A stretch of 64,000 nt of DNA. Source: an uncultured virus (IMG/VR IMGVR_UViG_3300044715_000653). Lineage: Duplodnaviria; Heunggongvirae; Uroviricota; Caudoviricetes. The stretch lies in the IMG/VR virus record IMGVR_UViG_3300044715_000653; one strand, 5' to 3'. Below the pieces are notes generated by a model. That model saw nothing but the letters and a program-made list of their open reading frames with translations. It searched no databases and had not been told where the DNA came from. Shown in pieces: positions 30,809 through 39,917 of this stretch; position 1 is the stretch's first letter, and each line of letters begins with the position of its first letter. Position numbers and translations under genes: made by a program.

Positions 30809-31466
30809 CTTTAGTTAACCTAACGTGCTCGCCAGCATCAACACTGCGCATTACCCACAGGCCTTGATTGACTACAGCATTATTGCCTACAATTAATCTA
30901 CGACTACTTGTAAATAAATTACTACAAGTACCAATATAAACATTATCGCCAATATCGGCATTGGCCAATCCGCATCGCTGTCTGATAATAGTATTGTTGC
31001 CAATAGTACAACCATAGCTTATACCATTGTCGCTATGTATAATACAAAAATTACCTATTTGATTGTCAAATTCAATGTAACAGTTATAGCCAATATAATT
31101 GCCTTGGCCAATCTTAACATTTGAACCAATATAACAGTTAGGATCAATTAGGTTAATACATTTGATGCCCAACTGTTCTACTAGCTCGATTAGATATTTG
31201 CGCTTTTCTCTGTCACGAGTATGTAATGGATCGGGACTCCAATTAGTAGCAATGAAGAAATCGTATTTGTCAGTCAATGTGTTAAACGACTCTGTGTCCT
31301 CAAACTGTTTTTCACTACCAATAATAGGAAATCCATGGTATTCTTCAGTGTTACCGTAATAGTCACTGTCAATTATGCCTGCAACTTTTAATCCTTGCCT
31401 ATAAGCGGCATCCGCTAAAAGTTGCATAGCACTATTACACCCGATGAAGGCCAATGGTTTTGTCAT
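30768..31466 (-). CDS. Hexapeptide-repeat sugar acetyltransferase (NeuD/PglD-like)
   Basis: Rossmann-like N-term plus IGxNVKIG hexapeptide repeats. Confidence 0.8.
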   Translation of the reverse strand: MTKPLAFIGCNSAMQLLADAAYRQGLKVAGIIDSDYYGNTEEYHGFPIIGSEKQFEDTESFNTLTDKYDFFIATNWSPDPLHTRDREKRKYLIELVEQLGIKCINLIDPNCYIGSNVKIGQGNYIGYNCYIEFDNQIGNFCIIHSDNGISYGCTIGNNTIIRQRCGLANADIGDNVYIGTCSNLFTSSRRLIVGNNAVVNQGLWVMRSVDAGEHVRLTKDAVRTQRNYTDVS

Positions 31467-32515
31467 TATGCCTTAACTTCCATTCCTTCCATTGCTACAC
31501 CCAATAAACGAATCTTTTCATTACGTCTATCATTGTATTCTTGTTGAAAGAATGGTTGATACGTGCCGCCGGTTAACGTGTCATAATCAAATTGAATACG
31601 ATATCCCATACGATCCGGCATTAAGCCGTGTTCAATTTCTCTATTGTGTAGGGTAATACTGTTATCAAATAAGCAGATATCTTTATCGCTTTGATACCAA
31701 TGTTTATAAATGTATTCGTCGGTAAACATTTCTTCACGGATACGTGCAAATAGTTTATCGCTTTCTATTTTGCTCATACCATCGATATAGTCAAATGTGT
31801 TAATACCTAAGTGTACACCTTTAATACCACCCGGACTTTGGATAATCAACGGAACATCCATGTCGTCATCTGGACAGCTATTGTTCTTATAGAATTTTTC
31901 CTGATCTGGAATTGGATCTTTTTGTAAACGATCCTTATGGTAATTATGTATAACAATCATATCGTCTAGTTCTTTACGGAAACTATCAGACTGACGTTCA
32001 TACCAATCAGCACTTGTACAGAAACCTGTGCAACTGCCTACCATATTTTGCCAACCCATTAGACTAACACCTGGTGTAAATGCTACGTCAGCACATTCGT
32101 TACTGTGCCAAAACAATTCACCATCACCAAATAGACCAATGCTACGACCAATACTATCTTTTATCGGAGTAACACGGATCATGCCTGGCATCTTTTTGTC
32201 TACTTGCCAACGACGACCGTTAGCAAAAGTAATCTTATCGTCTGCATCCAATCCGTCAGTGAGTACTAGTTCTTTTAAGGGCTTACCATACTTCATGTAA
32301 AACTGTAAAGGACGATTGTATCTAGGCTCGCCCCATTGACTCATTAGATTATAGTAAGTGGCGTGATCTAAATCATTGCCACGTATAATCGTAACTAAAC
32401 TTTCAAGATGGATCTTACCAATCTCCATCCATTCTTCGTGAGAGATGTTTTTAAGATCTACGTCATCGATAAAAACACCAAACCTACCAAGGCCAGGGAT
32501 TTTTGTAACTTTCAT
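31466..32515 (-). CDS. TauD/TfdA-family 2OG dioxygenase
   Basis: G.LFWHSNE, H.Y....DICLFDN.ITLH.R. Confidence 0.8.
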   Translation of the reverse strand: MKVTKIPGLGRFGVFIDDVDLKNISHEEWMEIGKIHLESLVTIIRGNDLDHATYYNLMSQWGEPRYNRPLQFYMKYGKPLKELVLTDGLDADDKITFANGRRWQVDKKMPGMIRVTPIKDSIGRSIGLFGDGELFWHSNECADVAFTPGVSLMGWQNMVGSCTGFCTSADWYERQSDSFRKELDDMIVIHNYHKDRLQKDPIPDQEKFYKNNSCPDDDMDVPLIIQSPGGIKGVHLGINTFDYIDGMSKIESDKLFARIREEMFTDEYIYKHWYQSDKDICLFDNSITLHNREIEHGLMPDRMGYRIQFDYDTLTGGTYQPFFQQEYNDRRNEKIRLLGVAMEGMEVKA

Positions 32516-32697
32516 GTTATTTTCCTCGTAATTTAATGAATAAATTAGCTAGCAGATGATTCTGCACACGGACGGCGTTCTACATGTAACACAGTAGTAA
32601 AAGGGTTGCACTACCCTAAGCGTCTAAGATACCGGCGTCAATGAATATTGGCGCTGCAAATATATTTATGCAGTTTAGCCAATCTATATTAAAAATT

Positions 32698-32910
32698 TTA
32701 CTTAGTTGGTTGTGGTTGACGTGCTGGTGTGCCGTTAGCTGGTGTCGTCGAACGTAACTCAGTGAACTTTTTGTTCTTAGATTCTAAATATGATTGCTGT
32801 GCGCTGACCATTGCTTTCAAGTAGATCCTGCGTTCAGTTTTATCCAAGATTGTTGCCAATGTTAATTTAACCATCTTACCTAATTTGAATGTTGCATTTG
32901 TTTTAGCCAT
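32698..32910 (-). CDS. Small basic hypothetical protein
   Basis: AGGAG SD, clean ORF. Confidence 0.65.
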   Translation of the reverse strand: MAKTNATFKLGKMVKLTLATILDKTERRIYLKAMVSAQQSYLESKNKKFTELRSTTPANGTPARQPQPTK

Positions 32911-32922
32911 GTGTATTGCTCC

Positions 32923-33162
32923 TTATCGTGATTCAACTTTGAGATTTAGTACAAAATTTTCTACTAACAGTTTAGTGATTGTTGCTACTATAATTGCTTC
33001 GCCATCTTGTGCGTTGACGTATTGCTGATATAGTTCGTATGCTTGACTGCCTACCAGTTGATATATACTATCTTTATTCAACGGTAAGTTATCCCAATCT
33101 ATAGCATCAGTCGTTTCTACTTCTTTTGCTAGTTCTATAATTTGTTCAAGTGTGTAGTTCAT
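32923..33162 (-). CDS. Hypothetical protein
   Basis: Clean ORF behind a TTGACT-17-TATACT promoter (33169-33197). Confidence 0.65.
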   Translation of the reverse strand: MNYTLEQIIELAKEVETTDAIDWDNLPLNKDSIYQLVGSQAYELYQQYVNAQDGEAIIVATITKLLVENFVLNLKVESR

Positions 33163-33197
33163 ATAATTAGTATACTGCCTATAGAAATTAAAGTCAA

Positions 33198-33224
33198 CAA
33201 AAAAGGCACCGAAGTGCCTTTTTA
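33198..33224. terminator. Intrinsic (bidirectional-type) terminator after porin
   Basis: AAAAAAGGCAC CGAA GTGCCTTTTT. Confidence 0.85.
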
Positions 33225-33247
33225 ATTATTCAACTAAGAAGTTAATC

Positions 33248-34456
33248 TTAGAAGAATAAGATAGCGCCTGCTGATACTGAACGTGATTTACCTTCTGCAC
33301 CGTTTTGTGCTTCTGATTTAACGTCTGAGTATTCAGCTACTAGGTTAACTGACTTAGTAAGTGGGTGGTATGCACCAAGTGTCCACATTTCGTTTTTCTC
33401 AACTAATGCCGTAGCTGTTTCACCGCTGTTGCGATCTAACTTGCTTTGCCCCCAGCTTACGCCAAGTTTAGTTGCTGTTGGTAATGTGTATGTACCTTGT
33501 ACGTATCCGCCGTTTGAATCACGACGTCGACCTGTAGTGTCAAAACCGTCAGCCAATTGTAGTGTACGGCCAATACCTTTACCATCAAAGTAGTAAGCAG
33601 TTAAACCATATGGACCAGCAGCTAAGTTTGTACCAACGTCCCACGCATAAGCACGGTCGGCTGGGTTAGCACCAGTTAAGCCTTCAACTTTTTGTGAAAT
33701 AGCACTAGTCCAAACTTTAGCAGCAATAGGGCCTGCCAATGAGTAAGATACTTTACCTTCAAATGCTGGTTGAGCACCGCCACGGCCTGTTGAAGTAGCT
33801 GAAGCGTTAGTTACTGCACTAGTAGCATTTAAGTCAGCTGATTGAGCATTCCATGCTTGCGTTACGCCAGCTGTGAATTGGAAGCCGTCGAAGTTTGGTG
33901 ATGTGTAAGCAACTTGTGATTTCCAGTCAGCATACATGTAACCTGTACCAATACGACCCAATGTTGTTGTGTTACCTGCTAAGGCACCTGCACCTGAACC
34001 TACACCTAACAATGTCATGTCGTTTAAGATAGCATCACTAGCGAAAATACCTAGATCTTTACCTAATTTTACACTACCCCATGATTTATCACCGATGGTT
34101 AAGAATGCTTGACGATTTTCTTGATTAGCGCCTTGGTCACCACTAGTTGTTGTTGAAGCACCAGGATTGATGGCGATTGTGAAACCAATGTCTAAATCAT
34201 TTTGACGTGATTTACCAGAAATTGATAATACGTTTGGTAATAAACCAGTTGTAATATTTGATTCGTTACGTTGACCATTGGCATTAGGACCACCTAGACC
34301 ACCAACCACTGCACTGCCTGTGCCGCGTGTGTTTGTGTAGTATGCGTTTACAACGCCACCAATGTCTAAAGTCCAATCACCTGCTGGGACTTGAATACCT
34401 GCGTTTGCTGTAGAGTACATACCAGCTAATACTGTTGCTACTAATAATTTTTTCAT
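33248..34456 (-). CDS. Gram-negative outer-membrane porin
   Basis: Signal peptide MKKLLVATVLAG..STANA, RQAFLTIG..SWGSVKLGKD, YTSPNF.GF, amphipathic strands, C-terminal Phe. Confidence 0.9.
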   Translation of the reverse strand: MKKLLVATVLAGMYSTANAGIQVPAGDWTLDIGGVVNAYYTNTRGTGSAVVGGLGGPNANGQRNESNITTGLLPNVLSISGKSRQNDLDIGFTIAINPGASTTTSGDQGANQENRQAFLTIGDKSWGSVKLGKDLGIFASDAILNDMTLLGVGSGAGALAGNTTTLGRIGTGYMYADWKSQVAYTSPNFDGFQFTAGVTQAWNAQSADLNATSAVTNASATSTGRGGAQPAFEGKVSYSLAGPIAAKVWTSAISQKVEGLTGANPADRAYAWDVGTNLAAGPYGLTAYYFDGKGIGRTLQLADGFDTTGRRRDSNGGYVQGTYTLPTATKLGVSWGQSKLDRNSGETATALVEKNEMWTLGAYHPLTKSVNLVAEYSDVKSEAQNGAEGKSRSVSAGAILFF

Positions 34457-34593
34457 TACGTTACTTCTCCTTAATTTGGATTAACACGGTTGTAGTGTTA
34501 TACTACTCAGTGTAAGTTATTTATAAGAAGAAGTCAAGAACTTGTTGTTTTTTGATATACTTTTTGGTAAAATTGATTAAAAGTGTTGTATTT

Positions 34594-35469
34594 TTACAAC
34601 AATTCAATGTATTTTAATTGAAAGCTGTCGGCTTGGTTTTCATGTCCGATATAGCCTCTTGGATTACACACTATTTGGGTTTCACCAATTACATAGTCAA
34701 ACTCATCATGTGTATGACCGTGTACCCACAGTTTGATCTGTGGGCGGTAGGCTATGAAGTCACCGAGTTCAGTATGGAACGCACCGTTCATAACACGATC
34801 ACCTAACCATTTAGGAGCACAGCTTTGCCAGCTAGGTGTATGATGTGTAACCACTACATACTGCTTAGTTTGATCATTCATCAACACATGGTTAATATAA
34901 TCCAAAGACTGCTTGTGATCTACAACACTGTCCTGTGGACTAAACTTAGCTGGTTCTTCTTTGACCGTATGCCCAATAACCTTACGATCCACGTTATACT
35001 CACCATCATCATACAATGGTACTGTACGTGATATCATTCTGTTGCTGTTCTTAACATTGCGAAAGTCATTCATCATGTCTTTGACAGCGTGTAGAGTAAC
35101 AGGATCCTCATCGTTCATGCTGGTCCACATAGTGGCACAGACAAACGTAATACCGTCTAGTTCAACAGATTCTTTATCCATAACTTGAATGTTATCATAC
35201 ACAGCTAGATGATGTTTAAGTATACTGTATGTATAAGCAACATCACCGTTATAGTGTTCGTGGTTTCCCGGAACATAGATAACTTTAGGAAAGGCATTGC
35301 TGACACTTTCAAAGAAAATGTGATAACGAAGTGAACGATCATTATCAAGTTCAAAGTCTCGAGCCATACAGATATCACCAGCCAAGATTAAGACATCAGC
35401 ATCAGAGTCATTGGCCAATTCTATTGTACCAAACTCCAAATGTATATCTGATGCTATTGCTAAACGCAC
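34594..35469 (-). CDS. Calcineurin-like metallophosphoesterase
   Basis: SDIH, LAGD, GNHE, THH.P, HGHTH, NPRGY. Confidence 0.9.
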   Translation of the reverse strand: MRLAIASDIHLEFGTIELANDSDADVLILAGDICMARDFELDNDRSLRYHIFFESVSNAFPKVIYVPGNHEHYNGDVAYTYSILKHHLAVYDNIQVMDKESVELDGITFVCATMWTSMNDEDPVTLHAVKDMMNDFRNVKNSNRMISRTVPLYDDGEYNVDRKVIGHTVKEEPAKFSPQDSVVDHKQSLDYINHVLMNDQTKQYVVVTHHTPSWQSCAPKWLGDRVMNGAFHTELGDFIAYRPQIKLWVHGHTHDEFDYVIGETQIVCNPRGYIGHENQADSFQLKYIELL

Positions 35470-35522
35470 GGCGTTCTCCTTATTCGATTGTGTATTATAC
35501 TATCAAACGATTGTATTGTCAA

Positions 35523-36809
35523 TCAATATCTATACGTATCAGGTTTGAATGGTCCAACAACTGGAACACCAATATAATCTGCTTGTGTTTGATTTAATGT
35601 GGTTAGCTCTGCGCCAATCTGTGCTAGATGTAAGCTAGCAACCTTTTCATCTAAGTGTTTAGGCAACAAGTACATCTTACCAATTTCATAGTTAGCATAG
35701 TTGGTGTACATTTCTACCTGTGCAATTACTTGATTAGTAAAACTGTTTGACATAACAAAACTTGGATGTCCTGTACCACAACCTAAGTTTACTAGTCGTC
35801 CTTTGGCTAGGATAATAATCTTACGACCATTAGGCATGGTTACATGATCTACTTGTGGTTTAATTTCATCCCACTCATATTTAACTAAACTGGCAATTTG
35901 AATTTCACTGTCAAAGTGGCCAATGTTACATACAATAGCATTGTGTTTCATCTGCATCATATGATCGTGTGTAATGATATCTACGTTGCCTGTTGCTGTT
36001 ACAAAGATGTCTGCTTTGTCTGCGGCATAGTCCATGGTAACTACTTTGTAGCCTTCCATTGCGGCTTGTAGGGCGCAGATTGGATCAACTTCAGTTACCC
36101 AAACTTGGGCACTTAAGGCACGCAATGCCTGTGCTGAACCTTTACCTACATCACCATAGCCTGCTACCACAGCAACCTTACCAGCAATCATAACATCTGT
36201 AGCACGTTTAACAGCATCAACTAGGCTTTCACGACAACCATATAAGTTATCAAACTTGCTCTTAGTTACTGAATCGTTAACGTTGATAGCACGTAGTTTA
36301 AAACTGCCGTTGGCAATAGCTTCGTTAATTTTATGGATACCCGTGGTTGTTTCTTCTGTTACACCACGGATGTCTGCTAATAGTTCTGGATAGTTAACAT
36401 GGATATACCAAGTTAGGTCATGCCCATCATCTAACAACATGTTAGGAACCCAACCATCTGGACCTTTAACTGTTTGTTCTAAGCACCACCAGTATTCATC
36501 TTCTGTTTCGCCTTTCCAAGCAAATACAGGAATACCCGAATCAGCTAGTGCTGCCGCGGCATGGTCTTGTGTTGAAAAAATATTGCAACTTGCCCAACGT
36601 ACTTCAGCGCCTAATGCTACAAGAGTCTGTACCAGTACCGCAGTTTGAATAGTCATGTGTAATGACCCTGTGATACGTGCGCCGTTAAGTGGCTGCTCGG
36701 CTTCTAATTCTTTACGAATTGCCATTAACCCTGGCATTTCTGTTTCTGCAATTGCAATTTCTTTATGACCCCATGCCGCTAGGCTAATGTCTGCTATTTT
36801 ATAATCCAT
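35523..36809 (-). CDS. ahcY: S-adenosyl-L-homocysteine hydrolase
   Basis: [70 protein letters not shown]. Confidence 0.97.
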   Translation of the reverse strand: MDYKIADISLAAWGHKEIAIAETEMPGLMAIRKELEAEQPLNGARITGSLHMTIQTAVLVQTLVALGAEVRWASCNIFSTQDHAAAALADSGIPVFAWKGETEDEYWWCLEQTVKGPDGWVPNMLLDDGHDLTWYIHVNYPELLADIRGVTEETTTGIHKINEAIANGSFKLRAINVNDSVTKSKFDNLYGCRESLVDAVKRATDVMIAGKVAVVAGYGDVGKGSAQALRALSAQVWVTEVDPICALQAAMEGYKVVTMDYAADKADIFVTATGNVDIITHDHMMQMKHNAIVCNIGHFDSEIQIASLVKYEWDEIKPQVDHVTMPNGRKIIILAKGRLVNLGCGTGHPSFVMSNSFTNQVIAQVEMYTNYANYEIGKMYLLPKHLDEKVASLHLAQIGAELTTLNQTQADYIGVPVVGPFKPDTYRY

Positions 36810-36830
36810 GTTAATCCTTATATAATTAAA

Positions 36831-37301
36831 TTATGCTGCTAATACGTGATGCAATCTATCAGCCGCGTAACTTGCGGCCCATGCGTTTGGTTTAACCATT
36901 GGGATAACATTGCATGTTCCGCGAATATAACCAATGGCCTGTTGAACTACACAGCTTGAACCGTGAGCTTCGTTTGGGTTGATGTCTAAGTGTACAGCAA
37001 CATCGCGCCCTTCTAATACTTCGTGTAGTTTTAAGTACAGTTCTGAAATTTTGTAAACTTCATTCATTAGGCGCATACTAGGACGATTACGTTTTTGGTC
37101 GTAGTCTACTTCCGTTGAACTTTCACCAAATATCTTACAGCCGTGTTTGCCGTCAATGTGGACAACCACAGCTAAAGTGTATTCAGCATGCCATTGTCCA
37201 TTTTTACGGAAACGTGTACTATCGCCACCAATGTAGATTTTTGTTTCTGTACTTTGTGCATTGATAAAATCACGTACTTCATCGAAATTCAGTTTTTTCA
37301 T
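36831..37301 (-). CDS. RNase H-like YkuK-family protein
   Basis: IYIGGDS, RLMNEV..., VHLDINP, KPNAWAASYAAD. Confidence 0.75.
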   Translation of the reverse strand: MKKLNFDEVRDFINAQSTETKIYIGGDSTRFRKNGQWHAEYTLAVVVHIDGKHGCKIFGESSTEVDYDQKRNRPSMRLMNEVYKISELYLKLHEVLEGRDVAVHLDINPNEAHGSSCVVQQAIGYIRGTCNVIPMVKPNAWAASYAADRLHHVLAA

Positions 37302-37327
37302 ATACTGCCCTTATATTGTATTTACTA

Positions 37328-37747
37328 CTAGACTAAATCCAAGTAATACATTAATTTATGTTTGACCATTAGGTTTGGGATACGGTATTTCTCTGTATCT
37401 CTAAATCCAATCATATGCCCTACTTCTGCCACCGCACCACTACGTGCTACACCCATATGGCAGTGTACCACTACATTCATACTTTGTTCCCATGCTTCTT
37501 TTAATGCTTCAGCAATACCCTTAGCATCGGCGTTGGTAATTGCCGCCTCATAGTAAAACTTATCGCTGTCACTTTCTTCTACATCTAAGAAGTAAAACTG
37601 ACGCACAGTACGGAATGCATACTTAGGTGTAGGAAATTCTGTACCAGGATCTACAATCTGTATTAGCATACTGTTAAAACCTGGGTCGTAGTGATATCCT
37701 TTGCGTACATCATCAAGACTAATATTTTCAATCCATGGTTTCATCAT
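37328..37747 (-). CDS. Cys-dependent (dual-specificity/PTP-like) phosphatase
   Basis: VVHCHMGVARSGA = HCxxGxxRS. Confidence 0.8.
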   Translation of the reverse strand: MMKPWIENISLDDVRKGYHYDPGFNSMLIQIVDPGTEFPTPKYAFRTVRQFYFLDVEESDSDKFYYEAAITNADAKGIAEALKEAWEQSMNVVVHCHMGVARSGAVAEVGHMIGFRDTEKYRIPNLMVKHKLMYYLDLV

Positions 37748-37986
37748 TCCTGTCCTCTCTTACGTAGTTCTTCTATTAGACCGCCATAGGCAAATGTATA
37801 CTGTTGTTCTAATCGTTCTAACATGTTAATACAACTTATGATGTGTGCTGTATCCATGTCACTGATCAATAAGATTTTGCGTGTTTTAGTTAACCATGTA
37901 GTACGATGAGTCTTACGATACTCTTTAAAGTCCGCATAACTAGGTGTACTTAATATGTCCCAGGCTAATTGTTGATCTTCAGTCAT
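37744..37986 (-). CDS. Hypothetical protein
   Basis: W.TK......ISDM.T.HI...INML motif; TTGACA-17-TATAAT promoter at 37993-38021. Confidence 0.65.
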   Translation of the reverse strand: MTEDQQLAWDILSTPSYADFKEYRKTHRTTWLTKTRKILLISDMDTAHIISCINMLERLEQQYTFAYGGLIEELRKRGQE

Positions 37987-38041
37987 GTGTATATTATACT
38001 ATCATTTTGTCAAACTGTCAATCTTACTGAGCAGTAATATT

Positions 38042-38118
38042 TGGCCGGCCCGGAGAGATTCGAACTCCCAACCTCAAGTTTCGAAGACTTGCTTTCTATC
38101 CAGTTGAATTACGGGCCG
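38042..38118 (-). tRNA. tRNA-Arg(UCG)
   Basis: Cloverleaf; loop CT-TCG-AA; encoded CCA. Confidence 0.9.
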
Positions 38119-38122
38119 TTAT

Positions 38123-38196
38123 TGGCAGGCCCACCTAGAATCGAACTAGGACTAACAGGATCAAAACCTGTTGTGCTACCACTACACCATGAGCCA
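38123..38196 (-). tRNA. tRNA-Gln(UUG)
   Basis: Cloverleaf; loop TT-TTG-AT; CCA. Confidence 0.9.
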
Positions 38197-38204
38197 ATTA
38201 AACT

Positions 38205-38322
38205 ATAAGGGAAAAGGGTTGGGAGTTATCCTCCCGGACGACCGAAGCCTTGAGCGTCCTCAAGTTTTAGCTGTAAATCCAGCTTACCATGTTGCGCATT
38301 ATTAAGAGGCGTGGCCGGTTCT
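38205..38322 (-). ncRNA. Candidate structured RNA between tRNA-Ser and tRNA-Gln
   Basis: GC-richer spacer with several hairpins and a possible pseudoknot. Confidence 0.45.
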
Positions 38323-38328
38323 GTTGTT

Positions 38329-38418
38329 TGGCGGAGAGTATAGGATTCGAACCTATGCTCCCATTACTGGGAGGACGGCTTAGCAAGCCGCTGCCTTCGA
38401 CCACTCGGCCAACTCTCC
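38329..38418 (-). tRNA. tRNA-Ser(GCU)
   Basis: Long variable arm, G73, CCA. Confidence 0.92.
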
Positions 38419-38472
38419 TAATTTCTTACTATACAACTATTATAACACCGTTTATCAACAGTGTCAAGTATT

Positions 38473-38560
38473 TGGCGGAAGTTAATCGCATCGAACGATT
38501 TACCATTCCTGGTAACTACAGTTTTCAAGACTGTGTGAGGAGCCGACCTCAGTAACTTCC
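38473..38560 (-). tRNA. tRNA-Ser(UGA), atypical 8/4-capable fold
   Basis: Loop CT-TGA-AA, long V arm, G73-CCA, long D stem with small loop. Confidence 0.75.
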
Positions 38561-38561
38561 T

Positions 38562-38637
38562 TGGTGCTTCAACCTGGACTCGAACCAGGGACCTAAGCGT
38601 TATCAACACTGTGCTCTACCAACTGAGCTATTGAAGC
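38562..38637 (-). tRNA. tRNA-Ile(GAU)
   Basis: Cloverleaf; TT-GAT-AA; CCA. Confidence 0.9.
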
Positions 38638-38645
38638 ATTTAATT

Positions 38646-38720
38646 TGGCTCCGAAGGGTGGGATCGAACCACCGACCAAGAGATTAACAGTCTCCTGCGC
38701 TACCGCTACGCTACTTCGGA
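38646..38720 (-). tRNA. tRNA-Asn(GUU)
   Basis: Cloverleaf; CT-GTT-AA; GCCA. Confidence 0.92.
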
Positions 38721-38725
38721 ATAAA

Positions 38726-38801
38726 TGGTGGAGGTGACAAGGATCGAACTTGCGACATCATGCTTGCAAAGCATGCGCTCTCCCAACTGAGCTACACCCC
38801 C
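38726..38801 (-). tRNA. tRNA-Ala(UGC)
   Basis: Cloverleaf; G3-U70; TT-TGC-AA; CCA. Confidence 0.92.
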
Positions 38802-39904
38802 GTATTTCTATTACTTAATAAGTTATGTAGGTCTGGCCATAACTCACTAAATTTTAATTCAGCTGTTTCCATGTTTTTAATAAATTTATAAAACTCTGCA
38901 ACTTGATTATCGTTGGGTTTTAAGTTATTATTAAAATAATCATCAAATGTATCTTTGTCCTGCTGATTCATAATTTCGTATGCTGGCTGAATCTTAGTTC
39001 TAATATGTTCAATTACCTGCACAGGAAATCTACGTAGATCTAATGCTGTAGGATCTTCTAAAAAATTTATAACATGCTGTATTTGTTGTTCTACACCAAA
39101 CTTTACTAAATCATTCATACTGTCTAAACTTAAAATGTTTAATACAGTGTGTATATCAATTGAATGATTTTGCGTTTGTTCTAATTCTTTAAGCATCAAT
39201 AAATTTTTAGTTAATTGATTCCAGCTTGCGCCTCTACGCACATATTCAAACTGTTGTCCTACATTTTCAAAACTCACGGACCACGATACATTTTTTCGTA
39301 ATGCTAATTTTTTAAACACTGGATTATTTTCTAAATCCATACTTAAATTAGTAATCATCTGACAGATAACATCTTCTGGTATTACATCAAGTAATTCCGC
39401 ACACTGCGGGATTAATAACGGTTCGCCACCAATAAATGCCACAACTCGCAGATGCTGTTGATTAGACTGCACATAATTGATAATATTAGTGTAGTAGTCT
39501 TTACGTTTAGTCAGTAGGGGTAAATTTAATTTTTTAGCCCACATGCTACTATCATTAGGGTTACAATAGATACAACTTAAATTACAAGCATTGCTCCAAC
39601 GTACGTCGAGTATTGCCGGACCGTGATGATCAATACCTAAGTCGCCGATGTTGGGACTCATAGTATTATGCCAAGAGCGTTCAGCCGCTAGCCCATTACG
39701 TTCACAAGTTCCGCAGTATGATGGTACTATATCATCGGCAATCTGTTGACGTAGCTGTTGCCATTTGGGTACATTTAATATATCTTCAATGTTATCATTG
39801 TTTATATTGCCAAATCCGTAGGTACCTGCACAACATGGTTTAACATCACCATTTGTAGCTATATGTAATCCTCTCCACGGAGCGGCGCAATAAAGATTTT
39901 TCAA
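38792..39904 (-). CDS. Radical SAM protein with N-terminal SPASM/twitch-like domain
   Basis: CAAPW...G.VKPCC..., NACNLSCIYC (CxxxCxxC), GGEPLL, YVR.GASW. Confidence 0.88.
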   Translation of the reverse strand: MKNLYCAAPWRGLHIATNGDVKPCCAGTYGFGNINNDNIEDILNVPKWQQLRQQIADDIVPSYCGTCERNGLAAERSWHNTMSPNIGDLGIDHHGPAILDVRWSNACNLSCIYCNPNDSSMWAKKLNLPLLTKRKDYYTNIINYVQSNQQHLRVVAFIGGEPLLIPQCAELLDVIPEDVICQMITNLSMDLENNPVFKKLALRKNVSWSVSFENVGQQFEYVRRGASWNQLTKNLLMLKELEQTQNHSIDIHTVLNILSLDSMNDLVKFGVEQQIQHVINFLEDPTALDLRRFPVQVIEHIRTKIQPAYEIMNQQDKDTFDDYFNNNLKPNDNQVAEFYKFIKNMETAELKFSELWPDLHNLLSNRNTGV

Positions 39905-39917
39905 TATGTATCCTTGT

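Noticed and set aside
15863..36809. Host chromosomal contamination or prophage boundary at fhs, porin, ahcY
   Set aside because: These genes are interleaved with phage genes, share strand and composition, fhs and the porin carry the phage TAAATA motif, and there is no integrase or att site.
38473..38560. Selenocysteine tRNA or opal suppressor
   Set aside because: Anticodon is UGA (reads UCA, Ser), not UCA.
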